A stretch of 64,000 nt of DNA from Octopus vulgaris (lineage: Eukaryota): the NCBI GenBank assembly GCA_951406725.2, contig OX597825.1, positions 50,220,001 through 50,284,000 on the forward strand. Reading direction: 5' to 3'. Position numbers and translations under genes: made by a program. Shown one piece after another: positions 1 to 14,529 of this stretch (positions are counted from its first letter, which is position 1; each line of letters starts with the position of its first letter). The notes below the pieces were generated by a model. That model was not told the origin of the DNA and did no database searches. It saw nothing but the letters and a program-made list of their open reading frames with translations.

Positions 1-1130
1 TTCAACGGAAAAAAAACTACCTCAAAAATTTGAGGCACAACTATGGGGACGCGATTTTCTCCAGTTTTCCCGAATTCAGTATTGAGATACTTAGAATAAA
101 ACATATAACAAAAAAAAAATGAAGAAAACTATGGCATGATCTTTAGAAGACATATAAAAGGTACATGCAAAAGATACCGCGGTGAATGTTTCCTAATTTG
201 GACAAGATTCCTAGAAAATCTGGAAGAATTCAGTACCTTCCTTAACAATCTACACCGTTGTCTCAAATTCACAAGAGAAATGAGCAGCACACAATTACCA
301 TGTTTTGACATGAAGGTAATTAAAACAACACCACAATCAGAACTGATATTTATTACAAAAGCACAGTTACACACCAGTACCTAAATTTTAAATCACGCCA
401 CCCAACACACACATACGACTTATGGAACTCAAAGGATTTCTACTCAAGCAAAAATACCCTCCCCTAGGTATAGAAAATAGCATACGACGAGCAAAAGAGA
501 TACCTATAGAACAACTTAGGGCAACACAAGAAAGACCAACCTTTCAACGGAACACAATACAATTACTAGTAACACACGATCCGCATCATCAAAATAGTTT
601 TAACATCATCAAAACAATTTTGCCAATCTTGAAACAAAGGGAAAAATTTAAAAACATGATAACTAATCAAACACTTATTTTAAGCAAAGGACAACCACAT
701 AACCAAAAGAAACTATTAACAAAGGCAAAATTCGACATGAACAATCAGGATAAAACATTCACACTATCCGAGTGTCATGATAATAGATGTGGAACATGTC
801 AATACATGCATACTGGTAGGTCCATGAGAACAAAAAATGGACAGATTTCCGCAAATGCAGATATGAACTGCAAAAGTACAAATTTCATCTGCTGCATTAA
901 ATGCCCTAATTGCAAAGAATTATATATTAGCAAGAGAGGGAATACATTATCGGAACACTCACGAGTTCACAGACAATAAATCCGGAACACTAACATTCAC
1001 CAAATTCCATTCAGCGAAGATATAGAAACATGTAGTCTGAAAGTGTTGCTAATTTTTCCTTTCCACAAACTACTAATAGTCCATATTACGGAGGTGAACG
1101 TTTACATTAATAGTTATGATAGCAGTTGGT
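1..1130 (+). mobile_element. Decayed Penelope-like retroelement: RT C-terminal part plus GIY-YIG endonuclease, frameshifted, running off the window start
   Basis: The 5' end reads FNGK..G.TMGTRFSP-like across frameshifts. ORF 422-979 has the Cys linker (CHDNRCGTC) and NCKSTNFICCIKCPNCKELYISKRGNTLSEHSRVH, the PLE GIY-YIG signature in degenerate form. Confidence 0.85.
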
Positions 1131-1362
1131 ATTAAAGGTAGTAAATCTCCGGGTATTGACCAAGATACTGTATGTGATAAATAGTGAATAGTACCTCCAC
1201 TATAATATACAAAACTTAGCTTAACACAACATTCAGATTTATTGTAATTGATCCCATTTGCCCAAGGGCTCATTTCATTTGGGTATTTATTTTTCTTTCT
1301 ATATTTTATAAACTCTCTAAATTACTTTTTAACTGACCGAACAGCGGTTTTATTGAGGGCTT

Positions 1363-1957
<595 letters not shown>

Positions 1958-2309
1958 AAATATGTAAGCAGACAGACATAGCATCGTATAAACACTCTGT
2001 GTGATCAGTCGCATATTTAGCGTGGGAAAATTCACGATATATTTAATCTTCAGCATCAATACCACAACTAATAGCCTTATTAAATAACTGGTTATTCTTC
2101 TAGTCGCATTCATTGAAGGAAGCTTTTATTCATGATCGTGATAACATTTGTTTCAAACTTGAATGCATCAAGTAGACATTTGTTGAAAACAACATGGCTA
2201 GCCACCACGTCAACATTATGGTAAAAAAAAAAAAGTGAAGAAAGCCAGCATCGAAACCAATAAACAAACTGTATTAGTTGCTATTGATGAAATTGAAACC
2301 ATAAAGTAC

Positions 2310-2475
2310 ATTTCTCTTGGAGTAAAAAAAAAACAATTACGACTTACTTAATTGCTATAAAATCGCAAAAGAAGATACCTCAGTTGCCTATGTGAATAGA
2401 TTGAAAATGTACTGGGACGAACTTCGCCCTGAACTAAATAATTTCGCGGCGAAATAATTACGCCAACAAACAACA
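2310..2475 (+). mobile_element. N-terminal fragment of an R4/Dong-like (RLE) non-LTR retrotransposon
   Basis: Manual translation gives WSKK..DLLNCYKIAKEDTSVAYVNRLKMYWDELRPELNNFAAK*LRQQ, resembling the CY..GYM.RM...WD....L..Q N-terminus of this clade. Confidence 0.55.
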
Positions 2476-2824
2476 TAAGAGAGGAATCGGTGAAAGTAAT
2501 TTTATTCTAAAAGCTGATGACTGTAATTGTATTCCCCAAAGTGTAAACACTACGCAAATAACACTACGTAAACAGTCTCTTACAAAAGATACAATTATAA
2601 CCATTATGAAGAGTCACAACCATCCAGACTTATACTGATAAACCTTGTGGTAAAGCTGACCGTCCGCACCAAATGTGAATATAACAATAGTAACAATAAC
2701 AAGTGCACTAGGAGCTGGAAGATCGAAGAACTTCAATAATGATGACGTATTCTTTGTGAAATATATCATTTTAGAAATTGATGTTGCAAGACAGACCACA
2801 GGAACTTATAATATATGAGACACC

Positions 2825-2871
<47 letters not shown>

Positions 2872-5228
2872 AAGCTGAAGTTGACAATGATTAATGAAAT
2901 TGGGATGAATATTTAAAACAACGTCTGTTAATTTACCAAATTAACATGTCCTCTCAATAACTTCTGTCACTACGAAACTTTCTTACAACACACTATTATC
3001 TGAACTTCTACTGAGAAGCAGAAAGTCTTTCATTTGATTTTGTCTGTCATGTGTGTTTCTTTTGTCATCAATCGAGGAATATTTTCTTTGGAATTCTATC
3101 CAACTGTGATGATATGTTTTACATCACGTATTCAGACTTGGTTAAATCCACTCCGACGTTTGGTGGAATGTAGATATTGTTGAAATTATACGAGATATTT
3201 AAGGGCTCTTTGAATCGATTTGAACCTAAGCGTCCTTATTTTGTATGTTTTTAGGTTGAGGTGGTCAATTGCATTGTTGATGTAGAAATTTCATATGCCT
3301 GTTAATAGTTTTCGGTTTTAACAGCAGGGACATGGGTCTCATCTAGTATACAAATGATGAGCAGAGCAACTGTTGTTACGAATTCAGGTGGGGATGGCAA
3401 ACAGATCGTGAGTCAGTAATTTGTAGTATGATGTGAGCTCTAGGATCCATTTGATTTTCTTGGAATGAACATATATATACAATCACATGTGTACGTATGG
3501 TGTATACACGTACGTGCATACATAAAAAGTAATCTCACTCACACACCTACATGTACAAAAGAGGCATATTATCCAGTTCACGTTTCCGCAAGCCCTAGGA
3601 GCTCACTCGTCTTAAACAAAAGACCCTTGTTACTTTGATAGTTGCTTTTTTTTCAAAAATGCGCCATTATTTTATATACCCTTAAGACCACAGTGAATGA
3701 TAAACATCATTTTTGAATTCTGTTTACAATTTTATCATCAACATTCACATCGCTATTTAGCAAGCTACCAAGAAATTTGAAGGAAGATGGTTGTTAGTGT
3801 GGCTCCATAAATCAGTATACTAGGGTCCATGTGAGATTTCCAGAGCAGGGAAAGTAAAGTGTAACAATTTGACTAAGATTTATTGTGTAACACCTCAATG
3901 AAATTTTATCCATACGAATCTGAGTGTCTTATTCATAGTGCATGACAGTATCAGTTTTTTTTTTTTTTTTTTTTTCAAAGCTGTAAAAGTGCGTGGGTTA
4001 AAATTAAGACGTTTCAGGTTGAATATTGTAGCAGTTATGTGAGAAATACTGTGAGAGTAGACTTTGAAACGACTGAAAAGAAAATGTCCTTATATTAATA
4101 CACACATACACTGACATATATATCTTTATGACAATTTATGTGTATACATACACAAATGCAAACAAACGTACGTACACGCACACACATATACATATGCATG
4201 CATATTGTCAAAAATCCAATGAAAGAGTTTTGTTTCAGGCTTAGAACCAAGTTGTTGGGGAAAACTTGGAAAAATAAAACAGAAAATATATAAATTTGTA
4301 TATATCCAGTTGTGTTGTTAACTTAAAATAAATGTTATGTTGGCGAAGAAAAACAAAACTTTATGAACTTGAAGATGTTTTTTAAGCTTTTATCGATCTT
4401 ATTCACTTCTTTTCTTTTGTTATTTTAGATTGTTATTTTCTTCAAGTTAATTTACAAAAATATTCTTCGCAGTTAACACCTCATCCATTTCCTGTGCTAC
4501 CTTTTAATTTATTCACTCCTTTTTTACTTCCGCCGGCCATTAGTATGTCCAAAACTCTTGTCCTTTCTTCACTTCACCGCCCCTCCATGGCTACCAGACT
4601 TATTATCAGCAACAGTAACAACCTTGCATTTTACTAAAATATGTCATTGAATTATTCCCCAAAACATGTTTTCGTGTCTGGTTTCTTTTTTGTTCGTTCA
4701 GTATTATGAATGTTAGCAACTCGACGTTAAAGAAATCGGAAATCTAGTGAAATAATAGCACCACTTCTCAATGTTTTCTCTGTATTCATTATTCAAGTGA
4801 AGTAATGATTTTTTTTTTGACATAGCACAATATAAACATCGGAATTTAAATTATAGTGACGTGAGCGGACAGTGAGAGGTTGAAGTGTGCATGCCTTTCT
4901 TGAGGCTATACATCCATTTTCTAAGTTAACAAAAAAAGAATTACACATATGGTCCATTTGAATTGTTATGAAATAAATATTTCAACAAAGTTAGAATGTA
5001 TTTATACAAAATTTGGTTTCCTTACCAGACATTTATCACGCTTTATAGTTAGAAGTAGAAACAGTGGAGCTGCTATAAAATTCTGTTTCTATGTATTATT
5101 TAGAATCGCACTTCATTCTTATTTACAGATTGACAGTTTGTAAAGAATATATATCTACATGGTAAGACATTTTAAAACTGGTAAGATAAAAAAAGTTGGT
5201 GCGAGGAGAGATATGGCGTTTGACTAGA

Positions 5229-5480
5229 ATCTCTCTCTCTCTCTCTCTCGCTTTCTTTCTCTCTCTCCTTCTCTCATTTTGTTTCTTTCTATGTCTTCCT
5301 TTGTCTGTCTCTACCTTTTTCTCTCCACCTCCCTCTCTCTGCTCCACCCTCTTTCTCCTTCCTCTTTCTTTCTCCATTCCTCTCTCTGTTCCTCCCTCTC
5401 TCTCTCTCTCCCTCCTCCCTCTCTCTCTCCCTCCTCCCCTCATTCTCTCCCTTTCCATCCCTCCCTTTCTTTTTCATTCT
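5229..5480. repeat. Polypyrimidine (CT-rich) low-complexity tract
   Basis: Directly visible. Confidence 0.9.
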
Positions 5481-5697
5481 GATACCTGATACCTGATTAC
5501 CCTATAAGTACACTCCATTCCCTTATACTACACCACACAACTCTTCTTTACACCATGTCTACACTCCTTTACACTACGCTACATTACACAACTATACGGA
5601 ACATTATGCTACTCTACTACACTGTGCTGTACTACACTTCATTGCTCTCCATAACAGTGTACACACCATGATATTGCATTGCACCCTCTTATTTAGT

Positions 5698-5995
5698 GAA
5701 GGCACGTGGCTCAGTGGTGAGAGTGTCGGGCTCATAATCATGAAGCAGTGTTGTGTTCTTGAGCAAGGCGCTTTATTTCACGTTGCTCCAATTCACTCAG
5801 CTGTAGAAATGAGTTGCGACGTCACTAGTTCCAAGCTGTATCAACCTTTGTCTTTCCTTTGGATAACGGTGAAGGGAGGCGGGTATCCATAGGCGACTGT
5901 TGGTCTTCCATAAAACAACCTTGCCCGGACTTGTGCCTTGGAGGGTAACATTCTAGGTACTATTCCATGGTCATTCATGACCGAAGGGGCCCTTA
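5698..5995 (+). mobile_element. tRNA-derived SINE, family C
   Basis: A-box-like head GGCACGTGGCTCAGTGG; the reverse-complement copy is at 62842-63130. Confidence 0.8.
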
Positions 5996-6585
5996 ACTCT
6001 ACTTTCCCTCTTACTATGCTACACTAAACTACGTACACGACACTATACTTTTCTAAATTACTCTGCACCGCACAACTGTACTCTACTGTACTCTAAAAGC
6101 ACAGGCGTGGTTATGTAGTAAGAAACTTGCTTCCTAACATGGTTCCGAGTTCAGTCACTCTGCGTGACACTTTGAGCAAGTGTCTTCTGCCGTAGGGCTT
6201 CATTTCCACACGCGCCAGCTTAATTCAATTCGTCCTTAGTCGAAAGACACCTGTTGTTACGTCCTGTTATTATTTTATTGTATTTATTATTGTATTTATA
6301 TTTGTGTAACTTTGTCCGTTTTTTCCGTCCTTGTTTTTGTATAGATTCGTTGGTTTCTACCAAGGAATCTAATGCACTTAGCGTGGTTTTTCCTTGGAGC
6401 TGGCCAGATTGGAGCAATCTCAAGAATAATCAGCCGAAATTGCGAGAATAATCTGATGCTTGACTGAGGAAAGAAAACTTCGAATGACTTGTCCTTGTTT
6501 TCTTTGTATCGTCTAGCTGGATGTTTTCTTGTCCCTTTTTGTATCACCTAGCTGTCCGGATGTCTTGCGTTCTTGTCCCATTTTG

Positions 6586-6640
<55 letters not shown>

Positions 6641-6646
<6 letters not shown>

Positions 6647-7216
6647 TAATTATAATTAAGGGTTAATTGCAACAAAGTTGCTCAAAACCACATACCGAAA
6701 ATATTAGAAATAGCAACCAAAATTGATCACTATTTCCTTAAATAATAAAAAGTCTCCACAAACAAACAGAATTTGTAAGCTGTATATGGCAAAAAAGGGA
6801 GAAAACAACGAAATCCCAGCCTATGGATTAATTATAGACGAATCGTTTCTGGATTAGAACCGATGGTTCATTTCCTTGTCAATATACTGACAAGGAAATG
6901 AACCTTCGGTTCTAATCCAGAAACGATTCGTCTATAAAATTAATCCATAGGCTGGGATTTCGTTGTTTTCTCCCTTTTTGCCATATACAGCTTACAAATT
7001 CTGTTTGTTTGTGGAGACTTTTATTATTTAAGGAAATAGTGATCAATTTTGGCTGCTATTTCTAATATTTTCGGTATGTGGTTTTGAGCAACTTGTTGCA
7101 ATTAACCCTTAATTATAATTATTATAACCCTTACCAAATATGGTCTTTTCCATACCGATAAATCTACTAGGTGAAATTGATTAATTTTATTAAATTAATT
7201 ATATTCCACCCTTTAT

Positions 7217-7220
<4 letters not shown>
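6641..7220. mobile_element. Fold-back palindromic element with ~240-bp arms (6641-7126, apex ~6884) and a ~95-bp unpaired extension, flanked by (TA)n
   Basis: The arms are near-perfect reverse complements (TTTCCTTGTCA-atatac-TGACAAGGAAA at the apex). (TA)n lies at 6588-6641 and 7220-7253. Confidence 0.9.
6883..6936 (+). ncRNA. Type I hammerhead-like motif with variant core CUGACAA; a mirror copy lies on the minus strand
   Basis: tata-CTGACAA-[gga..gaacc ttc ggttc..tcc]a-GAAA-cg att cg-TC-tata. Confidence 0.55.
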
Positions 7221-7257
<37 letters not shown>

Positions 7258-8002
7258 AGGTGTATGTTTGTTCCCCACCACCGCTTTACACCTGCTGTTG
7301 GTTTGTTTACGTACCCGTAACTTAGCGGTTCGGCAAAAGAGGCGGATAGATAAGTACGAAGCTTCAAAAAATATGTAGTGGGGTAGATTCGTTCGACTGA
7401 AAACTCTTCAGGCCGGTGCCCCAGCATGGGTATGAAGGCGTTCCAGCCAGCCGTAACAGTGATTGATATTTAGATATCAATCACTTCATTGTTCAACGTA
7501 TCCTCCTTTATTAAGACAGCATGGAACGATTTAAAGAATACTAGGTACCTATTTCTAGCTGGTCAACGACGGCCTAGCTACTCTGATATTGACTGTTTCT
7601 AAGATGGAACTGCATTCTCTTGACAATTGGTATCAACATATTTCAATTGCACTTCTCAGTCCCTCAGTTTTGAGCTAATGGTGGATGTCGTTCACGAACC
7701 ATCCACCCTTGAACAACGCCGACATATTAACTAAAACCACATTTTCTATATATCATGCAATAGCTCATTCAAAATGTTATTTAGATAATCTCTCATACAC
7801 TAACTTTCTCTTTCTCTCACACACATAGACACATGTCTTCATTTTCCTTTTTCTTTCTCTTTCCCTCTCTCTCTCTCGCTCTTTTTCTCTCTGTTATACA
7901 TGTACTGTCACTCCATTTCTCTCACTCTTACATATATTATCTTACCGCTTCTCTCTCTAAGAAATATGTTATTCTTTTGACCGATTAATTTGTTTTTCTA
8001 TT

Positions 8003-8034
8003 ACAGCAGCAGCAGTAGCAGTAGTAGTAGTAGC

Positions 8035-8103
<69 letters not shown>

Positions 8104-8399
8104 TGTTGTTGTTGTTGTTGTTTTTGTAGTAGTAGTAGTAGTAGCGGCAGCAACAATGATAGTAAGAAAAGGATATTGGTGATGACAACGATGAGGAGAA
8201 GGAGGAGGAGAAGGAAGTGGAGGGGAAGAAGAAGAAGAAGAAGAAGACGACGACAACAACACCGACATTAAATGTTCGTATTGTCTGTTATGGCAAATGT
8301 TATTTTATGTATGTGTGAGCATTTATGTATGCATGGTGTGTTTTTGTGTCTGTGTGTGTCTGTGTATGTGAATATGTATGAGTATGTGTGTGTATGTGT

Positions 8400-8495
<96 letters not shown>
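8003..8495. repeat. (AGT)n/(GTT)n/(AAG)n and (GT)n microsatellites
   Basis: Directly visible. Confidence 0.95.
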
Positions 8496-8496
<1 letters not shown>

Positions 8497-8763
8497 GTAT
8501 TTTACGAAACAACAACATCAGAAAGCACTTTGGAAAACATGCAAACACATCTCATTATACAATTATACAATTTCTTCTCATAAATTCTTAGTTCAAGACA
8601 AATGGATGAAATGCCGTCATTTTCTTCTTCCATACGTCAATCAATAACCACTTCAACTATTTCCAAGACGATCTTTTCGTGATTTCACTTCCTTCGATAT
8701 TTTTTCAGTTTTAGAATTCCACGACAAAAAACATTTTTCTTTCCTAAAATATACTGTTGCTGC

Positions 8764-8800
<37 letters not shown>

Positions 8801-9310
8801 AGCCCTAAGTCTACGTTAATTTATTAATGCTACGATCAAAGACAATCCAGCTGTAATCATCCATCCCAAATTCTTTATTTTTCTGATAAAATATTTATTA
8901 GACTACATTACTTCTACTTCCCATCCACTTTAAAAAACATTGCTGTGTCGTTTAGTTGTTATTGCTACGAAGACGAACGTCTATGTAGAGGCTCCTCGCC
9001 AACAGAAGATTATATGTGTATGTGAGCGTGTAATATAATAAAACGTTAAAATCTGTTAGGACATTCATAAGTATAGTGCAGGGCTGAAGAAGGGTTGGGG
9101 ACAGAATCGCCTTCGAGAATAGAATAACACATCTGCGAAATACTGTTCATGATAACCTTTACGCCTAAGTAACCCACGACTACTGTTCATTAAATTTAGC
9201 AGGTAATGTCTCACTTGACCGCTACTTTTGTTCACCTCATTGGTATTTTTCAGAGTCCCAAATACATACACACACTTAAGTATATACTCACAAATATATG
9301 CGTGTGTGTG

Positions 9311-9348
<38 letters not shown>

Positions 9349-9399
9349 ATATATATTTCATAGTTATATACATAATTATAACAAGGGTCGACTTTATGC

Positions 9400-10390
9400 C
9401 TCACCACACACTGAATATATTTTATCAATGAAAATTACGAATAAATATTATCAATGGAAAATACGGTTATATTTTAGCTATAATAGATAAAGAGAACAAA
9501 GTCCCTATTATGAATATAATCACTATATATTTATAATTAAAAATAACTACAATAAATTATACTCAAAATTCTATAAATTAAATAATTTATATAACTACCA
9601 ATTACTGTATATGCTCTAAAAATCTTATAAAAATTAATTAATTTTATTTAAAAAAGGTTACGTTGTAGTCAAATCTTTATTTAAATAAAATAAAGTAACT
9701 TTTAGACACATTCAAAATTAATTCAGTAGTAATTCAGACATTATCTATATTATGACCACTAATTAATAAACTATATTCTAATAAAATTCATTAATATAAT
9801 ATTAATTAAATAAACATCTAAATATAATCTAACTATAAGTATTTAAAGAACATTTACTAACTCTTATTGACTAATACTCAAACCACGTACAGAATTGCAA
9901 ACACAATTAATATATTTATTTAATTTATTTAATTATTTAATTATTTATTTAATAATATTAAATTAGACTTATTAAACCATGTAATATATATTATAAATCA
10001 CATACTAAATTTTAGAGTTAATACTAGTACATATAACTACAAATTAGGAACAAAATAGGGTTTAAATATAGTCGCTATTTATCTAAAAATTTATCATATA
10101 AGTAAAGTAATCTGTGTCTACATTTAATTTTACGCTTGTCCAATGTATTCACTAAATTATTATGTTTATTAAATAAAATTTCATTAAACTCACTAGAACA
10201 TAAATAACAATAATTACTACCTATACTATATGATTTGGCCTAACAAATTATCTCCCACTTTAAATTATACTTAATTCTTTGGGATTTTAGCCCCCATATG
10301 TATTTGCTAAGCCCTGTAGAGTTTATAAGATTTTTATTTTTAAATGAATGCATATGCTGCGCGATTCTTAATTTTATTTTAGAGGAATTA
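9400..10390 (-). mobile_element. Naiad-type Penelope-like element 3' fragment (GIY-YIG C-terminus 10075-10385 plus AT-rich 3' region)
   Basis: Minus-strand translation: KIKLRIAQHMHSFKNKNLINSTGLSKYIWGLKSQRIKYNLKWEIIC*AKSYSIGSNYCYLCSSEFNEILF..CRHR. This is homologous to the C-terminus of the 30110 element. Confidence 0.8.
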
Positions 10391-10527
10391 TATTTATATT
10401 ATTTGTTGTTTATGTATTGGTTTATGTCAATGTTTGTTCTATAGTGTTTATCTCTAATTCATATTTTATATATATATTTTATATATCAATGTTTGAGTTG
10501 CCTAATAGTGGTTTTATCTCTAATTCA

Positions 10528-10589
<62 letters not shown>

Positions 10590-10922
10590 TATAGCCTGTA
10601 TTTATTATCTGTCTGAAACATTTATAGTCTGTCATAATTTATAACCGAATTCTCAAGCATAAGTTAAACGTCTCTGATGACATCTAGTCATGAAACCTTG
10701 AATCATCGTGAAATGTTTCCTTGTATATGAATATGTATGTACGCGCATATGAATATGTGCAATGAGGAAGCTTTTAAATACTTTATAAATATTATAGATA
10801 TAAATGAATGTTTTATATAATGCATGTGCATCTTCCAACCTTTCTTTCTCCCTCTCTCTTTCTCATACACTCAAGCACATTCTCTCTCCCTCTCTCTCCC
10901 CTGCGCTCTCTCTTTCTCTCCT

Positions 10923-10953
<31 letters not shown>

Positions 10954-10959
10954 ATATAT

Positions 10960-11800
10960 ATATATATAAAATAAAAATGAACAGCTGTATGTGTGTGTGT
11001 ATCCAACTATAGAAAGAAAGTCTAATTTTTGTGTAAAACCTAATTCTTGCGTAAAATTTTACGCCGACGAAAATGGAAATGGTCTCGAGCCTCTAGCAGT
11101 CCACTGAAGGGAGCTACTGGTCCTTTTCCAACATGTACATATTGAAGTTCCAGAATAAATTAAGGTTCTAAGGGAAAATAACTAATTAACAATTCGGCAA
11201 CCAAGAACATTACAGTTAATAATTTAAATGAAAGACTCGAGAAGGTTTTACCAGGAAGTGAACGTACTTACAAATCTATAATTTCTGTTGTTGATGAGTC
11301 GGAAATTGTCAATTAACTCGTTGACTTTCTAAACTCACTGGAGCCACAAGGAGCTCCTTCTCATTGCCTTCGATTGAAAATAGGCGCTCCAATCATGCCT
11401 CTGCAGAACTTTTCTCAACCAAAGCTGTGCAATGGCACAGGACTTGTGAATAATTTAACGAGAAGTGTCATAGAAGCCACAATAATTTCTGTCTGTGGAA
11501 AAGGCGAAGATCTTTTTATTCCTCGCTTACCTTTGATACCTTCCTATATGCTCTTTCAATTCAAATGACTTCAATTTCCAATATGTCTGTCTTCTGCAAT
11601 GTCCATAAATAAGTGCCAACACCAGACTGAAAGTTACTGCCGGGCAATTAGAGGACTATTTTTAAGACAGTCAGTTATATGTTGGGACTCCAGAGATGAT
11701 AGTAGGGACAATCTTTTCATTTTCGCCCCAACTGGTAAAACCCGAAACATTTTCTCTAAAGAAGTTTTTAGCATGGGATCAACAAACTAAAATTAGTAGA
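10960..11800 (+). mobile_element. Decayed Helitron, PIF1-type helicase C-terminal fragment
   Basis: [66 protein letters not shown] are classic Helitron helicase motifs, interrupted by stops. Confidence 0.9.
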
Positions 11801-12014
11801 ACAAATGACTGAATTGATATTGTCAACATAACACTATACTCGTCTATTTGTATTTTCTTTTGTTGTAAAATTTCAGCTCAATAAATTATAGCAACTATAT
11901 TTTTACTTTTCCACGAACTTAAATTTAGTTATCTTGTACTAGACATAAGCCAAAGTCTGCGCGATGTTTGCTTCATTGATACAGTGAAATACTGAAGATC
12001 ATAGATCAGAAGTG

Positions 12015-12740
12015 TATATGCACAAACCAGTAGAATTCTTTACTGCTACAGAAGATGAACGGCGGGCAGTAAGAATTGATGAAATCAATATCGAAGAAAA
12101 GGATATAGTGTTAGCAATTGATGATATAGATGCAAACTCAGCTGCTGGCCCTGATAGATTCCCAGCAATTCATGCAAACGTGGCCTTGCAAAACTATTGC
12201 TGCTACTTTTTCGGAGCTTCCTCGCAAATGGTAAGCTCCCAGACAAACTAAAGGAGGGAATGATATGCCCTATCCATAAAGGAGGAAACAGAACAGATGC
12301 TAAAAACTATAGGCCTATCTCTCTTACCTCACACACCAGCAAAGTCATGGAACGAATAGTCCAAAGGAAATTAATTGCGTTCCTTGAAGAGAATGACTAG
12401 CAGACTGACACCAAGCATGGTTTACGACCAGGTAGAAGCTGACTGACACTGCTCTTCCGTCATTATGACTGGGTGGTGCTAAAGCGGCTGCTCAACAATT
12501 CAAATGTGGACGTGATATACTTCGACTCTGCAAACGCCTTTTGACAATGTCGACCATGGTATGATTTGTCCCAAGCTTCGAAATCTTGGCATACTTGAAA
12601 AACTTGGAGAATGGCTACATGACTTTCTAAAAGAGAGAAGTTGGGAATGGTGCTCAACAGGGCTACCTCCAAGAAAACATAAATAATGACTGGTGTTCCA
12701 CGGAAACTGTCCTGTGACCACTGCTATTCTTAGTGGTCCT
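12015..12740 (+). mobile_element. CR1-group LINE reverse-transcriptase fragment, frameshifted
   Basis: AGPD..PIHKGG.RTDAKNYRPISLTS..KVMERIV..QHG.R.GRS..VDVIYFD..AFD.VDH motifs. Confidence 0.9.
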
Positions 12741-12836
12741 TATTTTCAATATAATCTAATTGAATAACTTTCAATATTCATAGTTTAATTTTGGCAGCAT
12801 TTTTCAACCCACTCGACGACTGGTGTTTCTGATAGT

Positions 12837-13090
<254 letters not shown>

Positions 13091-13300
13091 TTGGTCGCGT
13101 AAACAAAGAGATGTGGGTTCGCGTCCCACGCGTACGGGAAAACCTACTTTTTCTGTCGAGGGCTTATATGGCCCATTATTAGACTATTTTCATTAGTTTT
13201 GTGAGGTGATTGCTATAAGCTTTAAGCTTATAAAATACTGTTATTATTTACAAAATTGCAAAAATCGACGTTGCTTAACAAAGATATCGCAGTAAAAGCA

Positions 13301-13373
<73 letters not shown>

Positions 13374-13409
13374 ATGTATGCGTGTGTGTGCACCCATATA
13401 TTCACATAT

Positions 13410-14205
13410 GATTTAAGTTGTAACAATTCAAAGTGAATTACTCCTTTGCAATCCCACCAGATGCGGAGAAAAACCTTTTCCCATGAAGTTCCCTTATCGG
13501 TTGTGGTTGAGCTTTTTCCCTTTTATCAAGCCACTGTTTACGACGTTTAGCATTTCGATAGAAGATCCATTTTTCGTCACCAGTCACAAGTCTATCCAAA
13601 AAGGGTGAAATGTGTTCGCGAGAATGGAGAGAAGAGCAGATGTGAACTCGAGATCTACGGTTGCTTTCGGACAATTCCTGAGGCACACATTCTCCAAGTT
13701 TTGGAACCTTTCCAAGTTGTTGAAGATGACGATGAACAGTTGTTTGGTTTGAATTAAGCTTTATTGCCACTTCTTCAACTGATAGTGCAGGATTTTCTTC
13801 AAGTAATGCCTTATCATCAAACTCAAATGGACTTCCTGTTCGATCTTCATCTTCAAGGCTGAAATCTCCACTTCTGAATTTTGCAAACCATATTCTGCAA
13901 GTTCTTTCATTCAAGCATTCTTTCCCATAAACTGAGAGTATATTTCGAGTCGCTTCAGAGTTTCGTTTTTTGTATTCATAAAGCAATATGTGCCTCAAAT
14001 GCTCTTTTTTATACTTTCATGTTAGAAAGTGTTTTAATCAAAGACATTTTAATTCTATTATTCTGTAAAATAATATTTAATTAGTTTAAATGTACACAAA
14101 TGCATAAAAATAATTTTAATTCCATTAGACATTCTAAAATACTATTAAATTTCATTTAATTTTTAAAATGGTAAAATAGGACAGAACTTATGGGATGACC
14201 TGATA
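13410..14205 (-). mobile_element. Mariner transposon, 5' half with TIR; transposase truncated after WWDCKGVIHFELL
   Basis: ORF 13438-13998 has the HTH, SLEDE.R.G, a WVP(H)EL-like motif and VTGDEKW. The TIR TATCAGGTCATCCCATAAGTTCTGTCC begins at 14205 on the minus strand. Confidence 0.92.
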
Positions 14206-14231
14206 GCAATATTTGAAATATTGTCCAGGTA

Positions 14232-14306
14232 AATCCAGCTGATGAAGACTAACCAAATGTACGATGACAAACGTATTTGAAGAGTCCGAAAACTAGGTAC
14301 TGGATT
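14232..14306 (+). ncRNA. Type I hammerhead ribozyme
   Basis: Stem I AATCCAG/CTGGATT, core CTGATGA (14239-14245), stem II GACT..AGTC with inner CAAAT.TACG/CGTATTTG, GAAA (14288), and a short stem III ending GTA with one extra A. Confidence 0.7.
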
Positions 14307-14529
14307 ATCCAATTCTGGGTTGTCCATTCATATTATGTTCTTCCAACAGATAAGACAAAATTGTTTATGTTTGCTGTCCTCGCACGTCTTTGTCAGTATA
14401 TACACATTGAAGCTTAACTATAGCGTCGTAAATAAATTAACTGCTATTTCCAGTAAATATTGATGTGCGTGTGTGTGTATATTCATGAATATACATATGT
14501 ATGAGTGCATGTATGTGTATGTGAGTGTT

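Larger units (their letters stand above)
6103..7430 (+). mobile_element. SINE family A split by nested insertions (head 6103-6195, 3' body 7255-7430)
   Basis: The head and 3' body match the intact copies at 39192-39585 and 59069-59460. Confidence 0.7.

Noticed and set aside
2514-2540. CTGATGA
   Set aside because: No downstream GAAA or stems.
9480-10320. Very AT-rich block resembling a mitochondrial insertion
   Set aside because: The minus strand translates to a PLE GIY-YIG C-terminus; no mitochondrial gene or tRNA was recognised.
10666-10720. CTGATGA..GAAAC motif
   Set aside because: No convincing stem II, stem III or NUH triplet; at best heavily decayed.
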